A stretch of DNA of 63,982 nt, filler included, from Chiloscyllium plagiosum (Eukaryota): NCBI RefSeq assembly GCF_004010195.1. It is 5 parts of one record of this genome, joined end to end, with 100 filler letters (N's around TTAATTAATTAA, not from the genome) between each part and the next. Parts side by side here need not be neighbours in the genome. Positions count along the whole stretch, not along the records: positions 50,349 to 56,191 come from NC_057712.1; positions 56,292 to 60,678 come from NC_057712.1; positions 60,779 to 63,982 come from NC_057712.1; 2 more parts are not named here. One strand, given 5' to 3'. The first letter of the stretch is position 1; each line of letters begins with the position of its first letter. The position numbers and the translations under genes were made by a program. The notes beneath the pieces are model-generated. The model was not told where the DNA came from. It did no database searches and was given only the letters and a program-made list of their open reading frames with translations. Below are positions 50,349 to 62,364 of this stretch, piece by piece.

Positions 50349-51025
50349 GCTGCCCGTGGGAGTGGTAGAGTCGGAATCATTGGTGACCTTTAAGTGGCAT
50401 TTGGATAGGTACATGGATGGGTACTTAATCTAGGTTAGAAGTTCGGCACAACATCGTGGGCCGAAGGGCCTGTTCTGTGCTGTATTGTTCTATGTTCTAT
50501 GTTCTATGTTCTATGTTCTATGTCATGTTTTGGCTGTACATTTTTGGAATATTGTGTGCAGTTCTGGTCGCCTTGCTATCAGAAGAATGTTGTGAAACTT
50601 GAAAGGGTTCAGAAAAGATTTACAAGGATGTTGCCAGGGTTGGAGGATTTGAGCTATAGGGAGAAACTGAATAGACTGAGGCTGTTTTCCCTGGAGCATT
50701 GGAAGCTGAGGAATGATCTTATGGTGGTTTATGAAATCATGATAGGCATGGATAAGGTAAATAGACAAGGTCTTTTCCCTGGGCTGGGGGAGTCCAGAAC
50801 TAGATGGGCATAGGTTCAGGGTGAAAGGGGAAAAATTTAAAAGGAACCTAAGATACAACTGTTTCACCCAGAGGTGGTGTGTGTATGGAATGTGCTGCCA
50901 GAGGAAGTACTATTACAGCATTTAAAAGGCATCTGGATGGGTATATGAATAGGAAGAGTTTAGAGGGATATGGGCCAACTGCTGGCAAAAGGGACTAGGT
51001 CGGGATTAGGTCGGGATATCTGGTT
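50349..51025 (+). mobile_element. Two CR1 3' fragments (50349-50522 and 50525-51025)
   Basis: (TGTTCTA)n tail at about 50486-50521, then LEYCVQFWSPCYQKNVVKLERVQKRFTRMLP. Confidence 0.85.
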
Positions 51026-52370
51026 AGAACATAGAACATAGAACAGTACAGCACAGACCAGACCCTTCAGCCCACGATGTTGTGCCAACCACTGATCCTC
51101 ATGTATGCACCCTCAAATTTCTGTGACCATATGCATGTCCCGTAGTCTCTTAAATGTCCCCAATGACCTTGCTTCCACAACTGTTGCTGGCAACACATTC
51201 CATGCTCTCGCAATTCTCTGTGTAAAGAACCCGACTCTGACATTCCCTCTATACTTTCCTCCAACCAGCTTAAAACTATGACCCCTCGTGTTAGTCATTT
51301 CTGCCTAACCCCTCGTGTTAGTCATTTCAAATAGTCTCTGGCTATCGACTCTATCTATGCCTCTCATTATCTTGTATACCTCAATTAGGTCCCCTCTCCT
51401 CCTTCTTTTCTCCAATGAAACAAGTCAGAGCTCAGTCAACCTCTCTGCATAAGATAAGCCCTCCAGTCCAGGCAGCATCCTGGTGAATCTCCTCTGAACC
51501 CACTCCAAAGCATCCACATGTTTCCTATAATAGGGCGACTAGAACTGGACGCAGTATTCCAAGTGCGGTCTAACCAAAGTTTTATAAAGCTGCAACAAGA
51601 TCTCATGACTCTTAAACTCAATCCCCCTGTTAATGAAAGCCAAAACACCATATGCTTTCTTCACAACCCTGACCACTTGGGTGGCCATTTTAAGGGAATA
51701 TGTACCTGCACACCAAGATCCCTCTGTTCCTCCACACTGCCAAGAATCCTATCCTGAATCCTGTACTCAGCTTTCAAATTCAACCTTCCAAAATGCATCA
51801 CCTCGCATTTATCCAGGTTGAACTCCATCTGCCACTTCTCAGCCCATCTCTGCAAACTGTCAATGTCCTGCTGCAGCCTACAACAGTCCTCTATACTGTC
51901 AATGACACCTCCAACCTTTGTGTCGTCTGCAAACTTGCTGACCTATCCTTCAATCCCCTCATCCAAGTCATTAAATAAAACAGTAGAGGCCCAAGGACAG
52001 AGCCCTGTGGAACACCACACACCACTGACTTCCAGGCAGAATATTTTCCTTCTACTACCACTCGCTGTCTTCTGTTGGCCAGCCAATTCTGTATCCAGAC
52101 AGCTAAGTTCCCCTGTATCCCATTCCTCCTGACCTTCTGAATGAGCCTACCAGGGGAAAGCTTATCAAATGCTTTGCTGAAGTCCATTTACACCACATCC
52201 ACAGCTCGTCCCTCATCACAGTTTCTAGTCACATCCTCAAAGAACTCGATAAGGTTTGTGAGGCATGACCTGCCCCTCACAAAGCCGTGTTGACTGCATT
52301 TAATCAAGCCATGCTCTTCCAGATGGTCATAAATCCTATCCCTCAGAATCCTTTCTAACACCTTGCAGAC
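51026..52370 (-). mobile_element. CR1 LINE, 3' ~1.35 kb
   Basis: QHGFVRGRSCLTNLIEFFEDV, MDFSKAFDK, GVPQGSVLGPLLF and WAEKWQMEFN. Confidence 0.93.
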
Positions 52371-53155
52371 GACAAGTTGATATGGACGAGTTGGACCGAA
52401 GGGTCTGCTTCTCTGCTGTACATCTCTATGACTCTCTGTGGCAAAGAATTCCAAAGACTCATAACCAATGCTCAGTAGAAGTAAGGTGTACGATCTACAA
52501 GATGCACTGCAGAAATTCACCAGACTTGTAAACAGTACCTCCCAAAACCACAACCACTTGAATCTGCAAATATTTGCTATCTTTCTGTCAGTTGCATGAG
52601 AAATTTGTGAGTGATGAATCGGGCTGATATGGCACAGCAATGTGTGTCTATAAAGGATTATTTTCTGGGAAGAAGGATTAGTCATAGATTGAAAGAACAG
52701 AAAGAGGCCCTTCAACACACTGTATCTTCACTGGTCATCAAATATTACTCACTTACTTACTCACTCATTCATCTCATCTGGAGAGAGAATTCGGATGACA
52801 TTCACCACATTGAACAAGTTCCTCACATACAAGACAGTCTGCTGTACCTTTGACTGCCTTCCATCTGCATCCCAGCTCTCAGGAAAAGGCCTACTAAAGG
52901 TCAACCAAATGACAGACTCCCATCTGGATACTGATTCACTAAACTGTAAGTCACATTAACTAATACTAGCACCTTTGTTTTTTAAAATGAGGATCCTTAT
53001 GATCAGATTCAATCTTTAAATGTAAGTTATGTTTTTAAAAATGGTAGCAGACATATACTTACCATTTACAAACAGTAAACAATGCAAAGCACGTTAAGGT
53101 TCCTGCCTAGTATTAGTATGTACTATTCTTGAGATATTCTTGAGATGGTACATAC

Positions 53156-53345
53156 CCTGGGGATTAAAGAATCCTGTCATCCAAAATACATTTGGCCTTC
53201 CCTCAAATATCCAGGAGGAAAACTGTGCATTTCTCTCTAGGAATTCTGTGAACCAAAATCCCAGTGTAGCAGAATCCCAGGAAATCCTTTTCCAAACCAC
53301 AGGCACTCGGGCATTATACATGTTATCCAAGGCATCTGTTAAATT
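53156..53345 (-). CDS. DNAH8: Dynein heavy chain C-terminal-domain exon ([15 protein letters not shown]...[11 protein letters not shown]), out of collinear order
   Basis: 190 bp. Acceptor ttgcAG at 53346-53347 and donor GTatgt at 53150-53155, phase 0/1. [11 protein letters not shown] is the conserved post-AAA6 dynein motif. Confidence 0.88.
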
Positions 53346-53549
53346 CTGCAACGTGAAGAAGAGTTGGCATTGTAGTTAATATGCAATCATGTTAGAATTT
53401 AACATTCAATTTGACAGTGAGAAACATTGGTCGGAAAATTTAAATAAAGGTCTTCATAAAAGAATTGGTGCTGAGTTAGTTGGAATGGACAAAGAAAGGT
53501 GTTTTGTAGAAAAGGTGCTTGAGGATCAATGAACATTTTTTTAAATAGT

Positions 53550-55965
53550 TGTCAAAATGAATGGCAGATGCAGTAAAATGTGGATAAATGTGAGGCCATC
53601 CACTTTGGAATAAAAACTGGAAGGCACATTATGATATGATTGGCTATAAATTAAGAAAGGGGAATGTGTTACAAGACCTGGGAGTCCTCGTATAACAATC
53701 ATTCAAGGTTAGAGTGCAGGTACAGGTGAAGAAGGTAAATGGTATGTTGGCCTTCTTGACTCACAGCAAAGATAGCTACCAGTGAGGAAGAAGATTAGAG
53801 GAAGGGGGTATGAGTACAGTTAATTATGGCTAATCAGAAATATACAGATCACATGAAAATAGTTGAGATATATAAAGTTATGAGGGACATAAATTGGGTA
53901 GACAGGAAGAAACATTTCTCCTTGATGGAGGGATCAATGACCATGGAACATAGATTTAAGGTAAAGGGCAGAAGCTTTGAAGGAGATATGACAAAAACTT
54001 TTTCACCCAGATAATGGTAGAAATCTGGAACTCACTGGCTGTGAAGGTGGTAGAGGCAGTGTCCTCAAAACATTCAGTATTTAGATGCATATTTGCAATG
54101 CCAAGGGGCATACAAGGTTCTGGGCCAAGGGTTGGAAAATGGAATTAGATTAGGTTATTGTTTTTGATTGGCACAGAAGTGATGAGCTGTAGAGCCTATT
54201 TCTGTGTTACAAATCTCTAAGATTTTATCAAAGAAAAAGAAACACAGTGTGGTAAAGAGTAGTGATAAGCTAGAGATTGGGAAAAAGTTAAAAGTCAGTA
54301 AAAGATAATAGAATAATAAGGAGAGAAAAGATAAACTTTGAGAGTAAATTAGCAAATAATACTAAAATGGGCAACAAGAACTTTGTTAAACATATGAAAA
54401 GGAATTCAGAGAGCCAAGTGACAAAAGGCCCTTTAGGAAATGAGAATGCAGAAATACTGAGGAAACAGGAAATGGCAGAGGAATTGAATAAATAATTTGC
54501 ATCACGCCAGAACTACTAAATAATGAAGTGGCAAAAAGAATAAAGGAAATCAATGCAATAATTATCATGAGAGTGAAATATAACAGGAAAACTAATGAAG
54601 CTAAAGACTGATAAGTCTCCTGGACTTGTTTGACTTGCATCCGAGCACGTTAAAGGAAGAAGCAACAGATACAATGGATTCACTGGTAATAATCTTTCAA
54701 TTCTCAAAGTTTCCAGAAAAGTTCCAGAGGATTGGAAAAACTGTCATTGAAACTTAATCAGAAAAGGAAAGAAACAAAACAGATAATTAAAGGCCAAATA
54801 AGATTTGTCACTTGGAAAATGTTAGCTAATTTTAGTCCAATTCTCGACCTGCCTAAATTACCCTCTGGGCAGTACATTCCAAATTCCCATCGCTGTGTAA
54901 ATTAAAACATTTTTTCTCAAATCCTCAGTAAACCTCCTGCTTTCCACCTTCAAATTATGCCCCTTGTTCCTGACGTTTGAACTAGAGGAAACAGCTGCTT
55001 TCGATCCACTATGTCCATGCCTCTCATAATCTTAGCACCTCTTTTAGATCCTCTCCCAGACTTCTCTGCTTCAAAGAAAACAACCCGAGATTATGAATCC
55101 TCTCTTGACAGTCAAGGCATATCATCTAAGACAACATCCTAGTGAATCTCCTCTGCACCCCCTCCAGTACAATCACATCCATCTTAGAGTATGGTGACCA
55201 GAACTGCATACAGTACTCGAGCTGTGTCAAACTAAAGTTCTGTATAGCTCCAACATAACCTCCTTGTTCTTATAATTTATGCTTCAACTGATAAGGGGAT
55301 ATGTCTCATATACTGTCTTAACTATGCAATTAACCTGACCTGCCACCTTCAGGAATTTCTGGAGAAGCACTGCAAAATATCTCTGTTTTACTGAACTTCC
55401 TGGTATCCAGCCTTTTCTTGAACACTCCCTTGTCTTGATACTTCTTCCAAAGTGCATCAGCTTACCTTTATCAGGGTTAAGTTCAGCTGACCAATCTGTT
55501 TATATTCTGCTGCAACCTAAACCTTCTTCCTCACTTCAATCACCTGGCCCATCTTCATATCACCCACAATTTTGCATATCATCTTCCCACATTTTCATTG
55601 ATATTGTTTATACATCATGAACAATAAGGGACCCGGCAGTTATCTTTGTGGTATACTGGCCTCCAGTCACACGGAGGGGGATTTCTTTGGGAACAGTGAC
55701 CACAATTCTGTAAGTTTTAGAATACCCATAGATAAAGATGAGAGTGGTCCTAAGAGAAGAATACTAAACTGGGCTAAGACCAATTATATCAAAATTAGGC
55801 AGGAGCTGGGAAATGTGGATTGGACACAGCTATTTGAAGAGAAGTCCACATTTGAGCTGTGGGAAGCTTTCAAAGATAGTTTAAAGATAGAGCAGATAGG
55901 CATGACCCATTGAAGGCAAAGGATAAAAACGGCAAGATTCATGATTAGTGGATGACAGGAGAAAT
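53550..55965. mobile_element. Mosaic of old CR1 fragments in both orientations
   Basis: KCEAIHFG-like and EHRFKVKG segments (+), a reverse-strand 3' fragment at 54840-55660, and GNSDHNSVSFRI from the APE end at 55670-55965 (+). Confidence 0.7.
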
Positions 55966-55967
55966 TG

Positions 55968-56191
55968 TACTGGATCAGTGGTGCTGGAAGAGCACAGCAA
56001 TTCAGGCAGCATCCGAAGACAGGCAAAATCGACGTTTCGGGCAAAAGCCCTTCATCAGGAATAAAGGCAGAGAGCCTGAAGCGTGGAGAGATAAGCTAGA
56101 GGAGGGTGGGGGTGGGGAGAGAGTGGCATAAACCAAATCATCCAAGTGGGGAAGGAGATGAAGGTGATAGGTCAGGGAGGAGAGGGGGGAG
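55968..56191 (-). mobile_element. PLE 3' terminus with intact hammerhead core at 56031-56058
   Basis: Minus strand reads CTGATGAAGGGCTTTTGCCCGAAACGTC. The 3' UTR is cut by the linker. Confidence 0.85.
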
Positions 56192-56291
56192 NNNNNNNNN
56201 NNNNNNNNNNNNNNNNNNNNNNNNNNNNNNNNNNNTTAATTAATTAANNNNNNNNNNNNNNNNNNNNNNNNNNNNNNNNNNNNNNNNNNNN
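56192..56291. other. Artificial contig-join linker
   Basis: N44-TTAATTAATTAA-N44. Confidence 0.97.
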
Positions 56292-57870
56292 CGAGCCGAC
56301 CGAGCCCTCACTGACCGAGCCAGCTGAGTCCTCACTGACCGAACCAGTTTAGACATCACTGCCCGAGCCAGCCTAGCCCTCACTGAGTGAGCCATCCTAG
56401 CCCTCACTGACTGAGCCACCGTAGGCCTCACTGACTGAGCTCACCTAGCCTTCACTGTCCTAGCTGACCTAGCCCTCACTGACCGAGCCGACCTAGCCCT
56501 CACTGACCAAGCCAGCCTAACCCTCATTGACCGAGCCGGCTTAGACCTCACTGACCAAGCCGACCTAGCCCTCACTGACCGAGCCGGCCTAACCCTCACT
56601 GACCGGACCGGCCTAACCCTCACTGACCGAGCCGGCCTAACCCTCACTGACTGGACTGGCCTAGCCCTCACTGACCGAGCCGACCTAGCCCTCACTGACT
56701 GAGCCGACCTCGCCGTCACTGACTGAGCCGCCCTAACCCTCACTGACTGGAGGGGCCTAGCCCTCACTGACCGAGCCGACCTAGCCCTCACTGACTGAGC
56801 CGACCGAGCCGAATGAGACCTCACTGACCGAGCCAGCTGAGTCCTCACTGACCAAACCAGTTTAGACATCACTGCCCGAGCCAGCCTAGCCCTCACTGAG
56901 CGAGCCATCCTAGCCTTCACTGACTGAGCCAACGTAGGCCTCACTGACTGATCTTACCTAGCCTTCACTGTCCAAGACGACCTAGCCCTCACTGACCGAG
57001 CCAGCCTAGCCCTCACTAACCGGAACGGCCTCGGCCTCACTGACCGAGCCGACCTAGCCCTCACTGACCGAGCCGACCGAGCCCTCACTGACCGAGCCTG
57101 CTGAGTCCTCACTGACCGAACCAGTTTAGACATCACTGCCCGAGCCAGCCTAGCCCTTACTGAGTGAGCCATCCTAGCCCTCACTGACTGAGCCAACGTA
57201 GGCCTCACTGACCGAGCTTACCTAGCCTTCAATGTCGAAGCCGACCTAGCCCTCACTGACCGAGCCAGCCTAGCCCTCACTGACCGGAACGGCCTCGGCC
57301 TCACTGACATAGCCGACCTAGCCCTCACTGACCGAGCCGACCTGGCACTCACTGCCTGAGCCGGCTTTGACCTCACTGCCGAGCCGACCTAGCCCTCACT
57401 GACCGAGCCGGCCGAACCCTCACTGACCGAACCGGCCTAGTCCTCACTGACCAAGCCGACCTCGCCCTCACTGTCCGAGCCAGCCTAGCCCTCACTTACC
57501 GAGCCAACCTTGCCCTCACTGACTGAGCTGACGTAGCCCTCACTGACCGAGCCAGCTTAGACCTCATTGAACGAGCCGACCTAGCCCTCACTGACCGAGC
57601 CGACCTGGCACTCACTGCCTGAGCCGGCTTTGACCTCACTGCTGAGCCGACCTAACCCTCACTGACCGAGCCGGCCTAACCCTCACTGACCGGACCGGCC
57701 TAACCCTCACTGACCGAGCCGGCCTAACCCTCACTGACTGGACCGGCCTAGCCCTCACTGACCGAGCCGACCTAGCCCTCACTGACTGAGCCGACCTCGC
57801 CGTCACTGACCAAGCCGCCCTAACCCTCACTGACTGGACCGGCCTAGCCTTCACTGACCGAGCCGACCTA
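56292..57870. repeat. 24-bp tandem repeat (GACCGAGCCGACCTAGCCCTCACT), about 65 units, with recurring variant blocks
   Basis: Clear 24-nt periodicity. The variant CCAGTTTAGACATCACTGCCCGAG recurs at about 56344, 56856 and 57121. Confidence 0.95.
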
Positions 57871-57989
57871 GAAGAGCCAGTCAGAATTTCATTAAATGAA
57901 CTGGCCGAGTCCTCACCAACTAAATTGGCATAGTCCTTGATGGTTGAGTCGTCACTGACGAAGCTGTCCAGCATAGTAGACTTCCGACT

Positions 57990-58282
57990 TTATGTAAAGA
58001 GGTATTTGGCCCATCGAGTCTGCACTGACCCTCCAAACCCATCTGATTGCTGTAACCCTGCATTTCTGATGCTAACCCACTGAGCCTGAACACTAATCGG
58101 CAAATTAGCATGGCCAATCCACCTTATCAGCATATCTTTGGACTTTGGAGAAACCATAGCACTTTGTAGAAATCTAGCAAGACATTGGGAGAACATGTAA
58201 AATCCACACAGACTGTCACCCAAGGCTGGAATCAAACCAAGGTCACTGGGGCTATGAGGCAGCAGTGCTAATCACTGAGCTC
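57990..58282 (-). mobile_element. Older V-SINE (HE1-like)
   Basis: Head GCTCAGTGATTAGCACTGCTGCCTCA, degenerate B box GGTTTGATTCC, and ATTGGCCATGCTAATTTG shared with the other copies. Confidence 0.8.
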
Positions 58283-58915
58283 AAGTCCTCACTGACTGAG
58301 CTGGTCTTGTCCAAAACCATAAAGTTGAGTAGACCACCAACCCAACTGAAAGGATAAACTACCAATCTCCATGCCACGGATATTTCTGTCTGCGGCAGAA
58401 TCAGTATGAATAACTTGTGCATAGTCTATTTGGAGATGAAAGTTCTATCTTCACTTCCGGTGCGTCATTGCATTGTCACCTTAATAAATGAGACAAACTT
58501 TGCACTGGTGTGGAAATGACTAAAAGCAGTAGACCCAGCACTGAACCTTGTCTTGGCATCAATGACATGCTGTCCACCATCAGCAGCAGCAGAAATATAT
58601 TGAAATGCAAATTGCAAACTCAATGCCCATTAAAGCCTCCAATCTCGTTCAGCCAGCAGCTCCTGAGTGAATTAAAACTATGTAAACTATGGAACTGTCT
58701 CCTTGCCCTGCCTGTGTTACTTTAAAGCAAATGCAAACTTCCAAGAGAGCTTAGACCTGCCTTTCAACATGGCACATGTAAACAAAGGAATTAAGAATGG
58801 GTTGAAGTGAAAAACACATTTTCAAGACTGCTGGTTGTGAAGCTTTACAAAACATAACTAGACCTTAACATATAAGAACAATAGTAGAAGTAAAGCAGAC
58901 AATGATGTGATGTAC

Positions 58916-59108
58916 CATTTCATAGACTTTTGGGACAACAAATACAAAATCTTCAGGCTCATCACCAGTTGGCTCTGGAAGGTCACGAAGAAAATCAACA
59001 AAGTACGGCTCTTTGTGAAGCTTTTCTGCCAGTTGTTTTCCAATATTATCTTCAACAATACGTGTCACTGCATTTTCAAACCAATATCTGTCCTCTTCGC
59101 TTACAAAT
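58916..59108 (-). CDS. DNAH8: Dynein heavy chain exon from the AAA3-AAA4 region (FVSEEDRYWF...EPYFVDFLRDLPEPTGDEPED...PKVYEM), out of collinear order
   Basis: 193 bp. Acceptor taatAG at 59109-59110 and donor GTacat with GT at 58914-58915, phase 2/0. YFVDFLR..PEPTG.EPED...PK.YE is the recalled DNAH5/8 motif. Confidence 0.87.
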
Positions 59109-59259
59109 CTATTAAATCACATAAAAGTCAAGAATCAATTCTTACTAACTATTACTAATGAACAGACTGACTGTACAAAGCATGAGACATCGAATTCCAT
59201 GCTGATAGCTTTATGTGTGGGTGGTTAATTTATGTAAAATGAATGTCTGTGAGCAGCAG

Positions 59260-59838
59260 CTTAAAAATTTGCAAGCACACAGAGAACACCCAAACTGAAA
59301 CATTTGTCTCCTAAGGCCGTATAGTTAGCAGGCCAAGCAGCAGTTCTTACAAGACAACAGGCTTTTGAATTTAGCCAATCAATTTGAACCAAACACTTTG
59401 ATCCCAAAAACCTATTAAATTTAAGTCTGATAGTTTTGAAAAATAGGACCAATCCTATTGTAAAAAGTATTGATGTGTCATCACTGGTATAAAAGAAGGG
59501 GGCAGTTGGACAAGGACCTCAGAGCAAGCTGCCATCTGTCAGAGCTAATGGCCCTCACTCTCGAGAGAGAATCACTGGCTCTCACAGCCTCCTTTATGTC
59601 ATAGAGAAAGCACCATCTAAATAACAATGGCACCAACAACAGAGAAGACATTCCTGATAGATGGTTCGATGGAGAAAGCAAAGACCATTCCGGAAGACAC
59701 ATAACCTGGCTGTAATTTTGAGAGAATAAATTTTATTTTGTTGAGTATGACTTATATTTATTGGAACAACATACCATAAGAATCTTGTTTTATTTGGGAA
59801 TAGTTAATAGTTAGAAGGGACTTATTTGGTTTGTTAAT
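59260..59838 (+). promoter_or_regulatory. LTR-like segment with CCAAT x2, TATA and AATAAA
   Basis: CCAAT at 59375 and 59449, TATAAAAG at 59488-59495, AATAAA at 59725-59730, in U3-R order. Termini are not resolved. Confidence 0.4.
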
Positions 59839-59839
59839 A

Positions 59840-60678
59840 GTGCTAGGGTCCGAGACGTCTCAGACCGTGTCTTCAGAATCCTTAAGGGGGAGGGTGTGCA
59901 GCCAGAAGTCGTGGTGCACATTGGCACCAACGACATAGGTAGGAAGAGGGGTGGGGAGGTCATTCAAGAGCTCAAGCAGTTAGGCTGGAAGCTAAAAGCT
60001 AGGACAGACAGAGTCGTCAAGTCTGGGTTGTTGCCGGTGCCACGTGACAGTGAGGCAAAGAATAGGGAGAGAGTGCAGTTGAACACGTGGCTGCAAGGCT
60101 GGTGTAGGAGGGAGGGCTTCAGATATTTGGACAATTGGACTGCATTCTGGGGAAGGTGGGACCTGTACAAACAGGACGGGTTGCACCTGAACCAGAAGGG
60201 CACCAATATCCTGGGGGGTAGGTTTGCTAGCACTCTTCGGAGGTGTTTAAACTAATTTGGCAGGGGGATGGGATCCGGACTTGTAGTCCAGCAAGTAAGC
60301 TAGCTGTGTGACAGGATGCCCAAGACTGTAGGGAGGCGGTGGAGAAGGTAGCACTGACAGGGACTACTAGCGGACACAGAGATAGGCTCAAGTGCGTATA
60401 CATCAACGCAAGGAGTATCAGAAATAAGGTAGGTGAACTTAAGGCATGGATCGGTACCTGGGACTACGATGCTGTGGCCATCACGGAAACGTGGATAGAA
60501 GAGGGACACGAATGGTTGTTGGAGGTTCCTGGTTACAGATGTTTCAGTAAGATTAGGGAGGGTGGGAAAAAAGGAGGGGGGGTGGCATTGCTAATTAGAA
60601 ATGGTATAACGGCTGCAGAAAGGAAGTTTGAGGGGGATCTGCCTCTGGAGGTAGTATGGGCTGAAGGCAGAAATAGGA
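59840..60678 (+). mobile_element. CR1 LINE ORF1 (SGNH esterase-like) C-terminus and ORF2 APE start
   Basis: VVVHIGTNDIG...DGLHLNQKG (59896-60255); LKCVYINARSIRNK...DAVAITETW...GGGVALLI (from 60339). Confidence 0.92.
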
Positions 60679-60778
60679 NNNNNNNNNNNNNNNNNNNNNN
60701 NNNNNNNNNNNNNNNNNNNNNNTTAATTAATTAANNNNNNNNNNNNNNNNNNNNNNNNNNNNNNNNNNNNNNNNNNNN
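60679..60778. other. Artificial contig-join linker
   Basis: N44-TTAATTAATTAA-N44. Confidence 0.97.
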
Positions 60779-61735
60779 CTCAGCTGTACCCGTCTCAGAT
60801 CGATCTCTTTCCTCACTATCTCCCTGGGTCCCAACCCCCACCTTACTAGTTTAAATCCTCCCGAGCAGTTCTAGCAAATCTCCCTGCCAGTATATTAATC
60901 CCCTTCCAATTTACGTACAATCCGTCCTTCTTGTACAGGTCACTTCTACCCCAAAAGAGATTCCAATGATCCAAAAATGTGAATCCTTCTCCCATACACC
61001 AGCTCCTCAGCCATGCATTCATCTTCTCTATCCTCCTATTCCTGCCCTCACTAGCTCGTAGCACTGTGAATAATCCAGATATTACTACCCTTGAGGGCCT
61101 CCTTTTTAAATTTCTGCCTAACTCTCTGTAATCTCCCTTCAGAATCTCAACCTTTTCCCTTCCTATATCATTGGTTCCAATGTGGACAATGACCTATGGC
61201 TTATATTTTAAGGTTAATCAAGAGACTTATCTCCAAAAACATATAATCAAGAAAGAATCCACTTTCCTCACTACTGCAGCCTTTCTCTTGGACAGACTTA
61301 AAACGACAATTAACTTATCTGATTCTGTGCTGTGAACTTCGCCCAACAGTTCCTCCAAGATTAGCTGTGAATTTCACTGTTTGTTAATTTTCCCAGATGC
61401 ACTCCGATGTCCAGCGATACACGAATTCAAACAGCAAAGGCGGTAACTGCGCAGGTTCTCTCTCTCTCCTGCACTGACCTCACCATGTGCTTCCTTTGTC
61501 TGCTCTTCTCCCTTTCACCATGTGCTTCCTTTGTCTGCTCTTCTCCCTTTTAAAACTGCTGTTGTTTTGACCTTTTTTCCAAAGTTCGCTAACAATGCAA
61601 CAGCAAATAAAACAGTAATTGCTGCTCCTGGAATTCGAGGAAATCACCTCCAACACCTAAAATACCTCAAAAAAAGGAGCAGCTCTTAACAGCCAGAACT
61701 TTTTCCCGTCCTCCATCTTGAATTACCCAGAATCT
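60779..61735 (-). mobile_element. CR1 5' portion: probable 5' UTR joined to the esterase half of ORF1
   Basis: VIVHIGTNDIG at about 61160-61195, then NAWLRSWC.GEGFTFLDHW..FWGRSDLYKKDGL. The upstream non-coding part begins ...TTCAAGATGGAGG. Confidence 0.8.
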
Positions 61736-61849
61736 AGAGTCTGCTTGTATTTTTTTCTCATGCATTTCTATTTCTTTCATCTCCTCCACTTCAGCTTTTT
61801 CCTCAGTCTCTCTCTCTCTCTCCTTTCTATTCCTCCTTATCTCCTTTTT

Positions 61850-62180
61850 CATTCATTCACAGAATCTGAGCATCACTGGCTAGATCAGCATGTATTACCC
61901 ATTCCTAATTGCCTAGAATCATTGCAGTGGGTCTGGAGTCAGATCTACACCAGACCAGGTAAAGATGGCAGGTTTCCTTCCCTGAAAGGCATTAGTGAAC
62001 CATATGGAGTTTTACAACAATCAGCAGTAGTTACATGATCATAATTAGACTTGTAATTCCAGACTTTTATTGAATTAAAGTTACACCATTTGGCATGGTG
62101 AGATTTGAACCCGGGTCCCCACACTGTTACCTTAGTCTCGGAATTAATAGCCTCACAACAATACCACGAGGCTATCACCT
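61850..62180 (-). mobile_element. tRNA-headed SINE sharing its head and body with the LINE at 62365 and its tail with the LINE at 5635
   Basis: A box TAGCCTCGTGG, B box GGTTCAAATC, body TTCACTAATGCCTTTCAGGGAAGGAAACCTGCC, tail GGCAATTAGG...GAATGAATGAA. Confidence 0.8.
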
Positions 62181-62364
62181 TGGTTTCCCAATCATTCACT
62201 ATTATCTACTTTCAGTGCAGTTTATTTATGACCTAGTGTCTGAGCAAATGTTGTTTAGCAGCAAGCTATAGTTGCACCAAGGGTGGAACTGGTCAGGGGT
62301 TTGGGAACTAACCCAGGATTGGTATGTGATCCAGGGATGAGGAACTGCTGCCAGAATTAGGGGA

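Noticed and set aside
56240..57974. Arg/Ser-rich ORFs as a protamine-like or SR protein gene
   Set aside because: They are translations of a 24-bp tandem repeat with interspersed stops and no splice or promoter evidence.
59896..60255. Host SGNH esterase gene
   Set aside because: It lies immediately upstream of a CR1 APE start, so it is CR1 ORF1.
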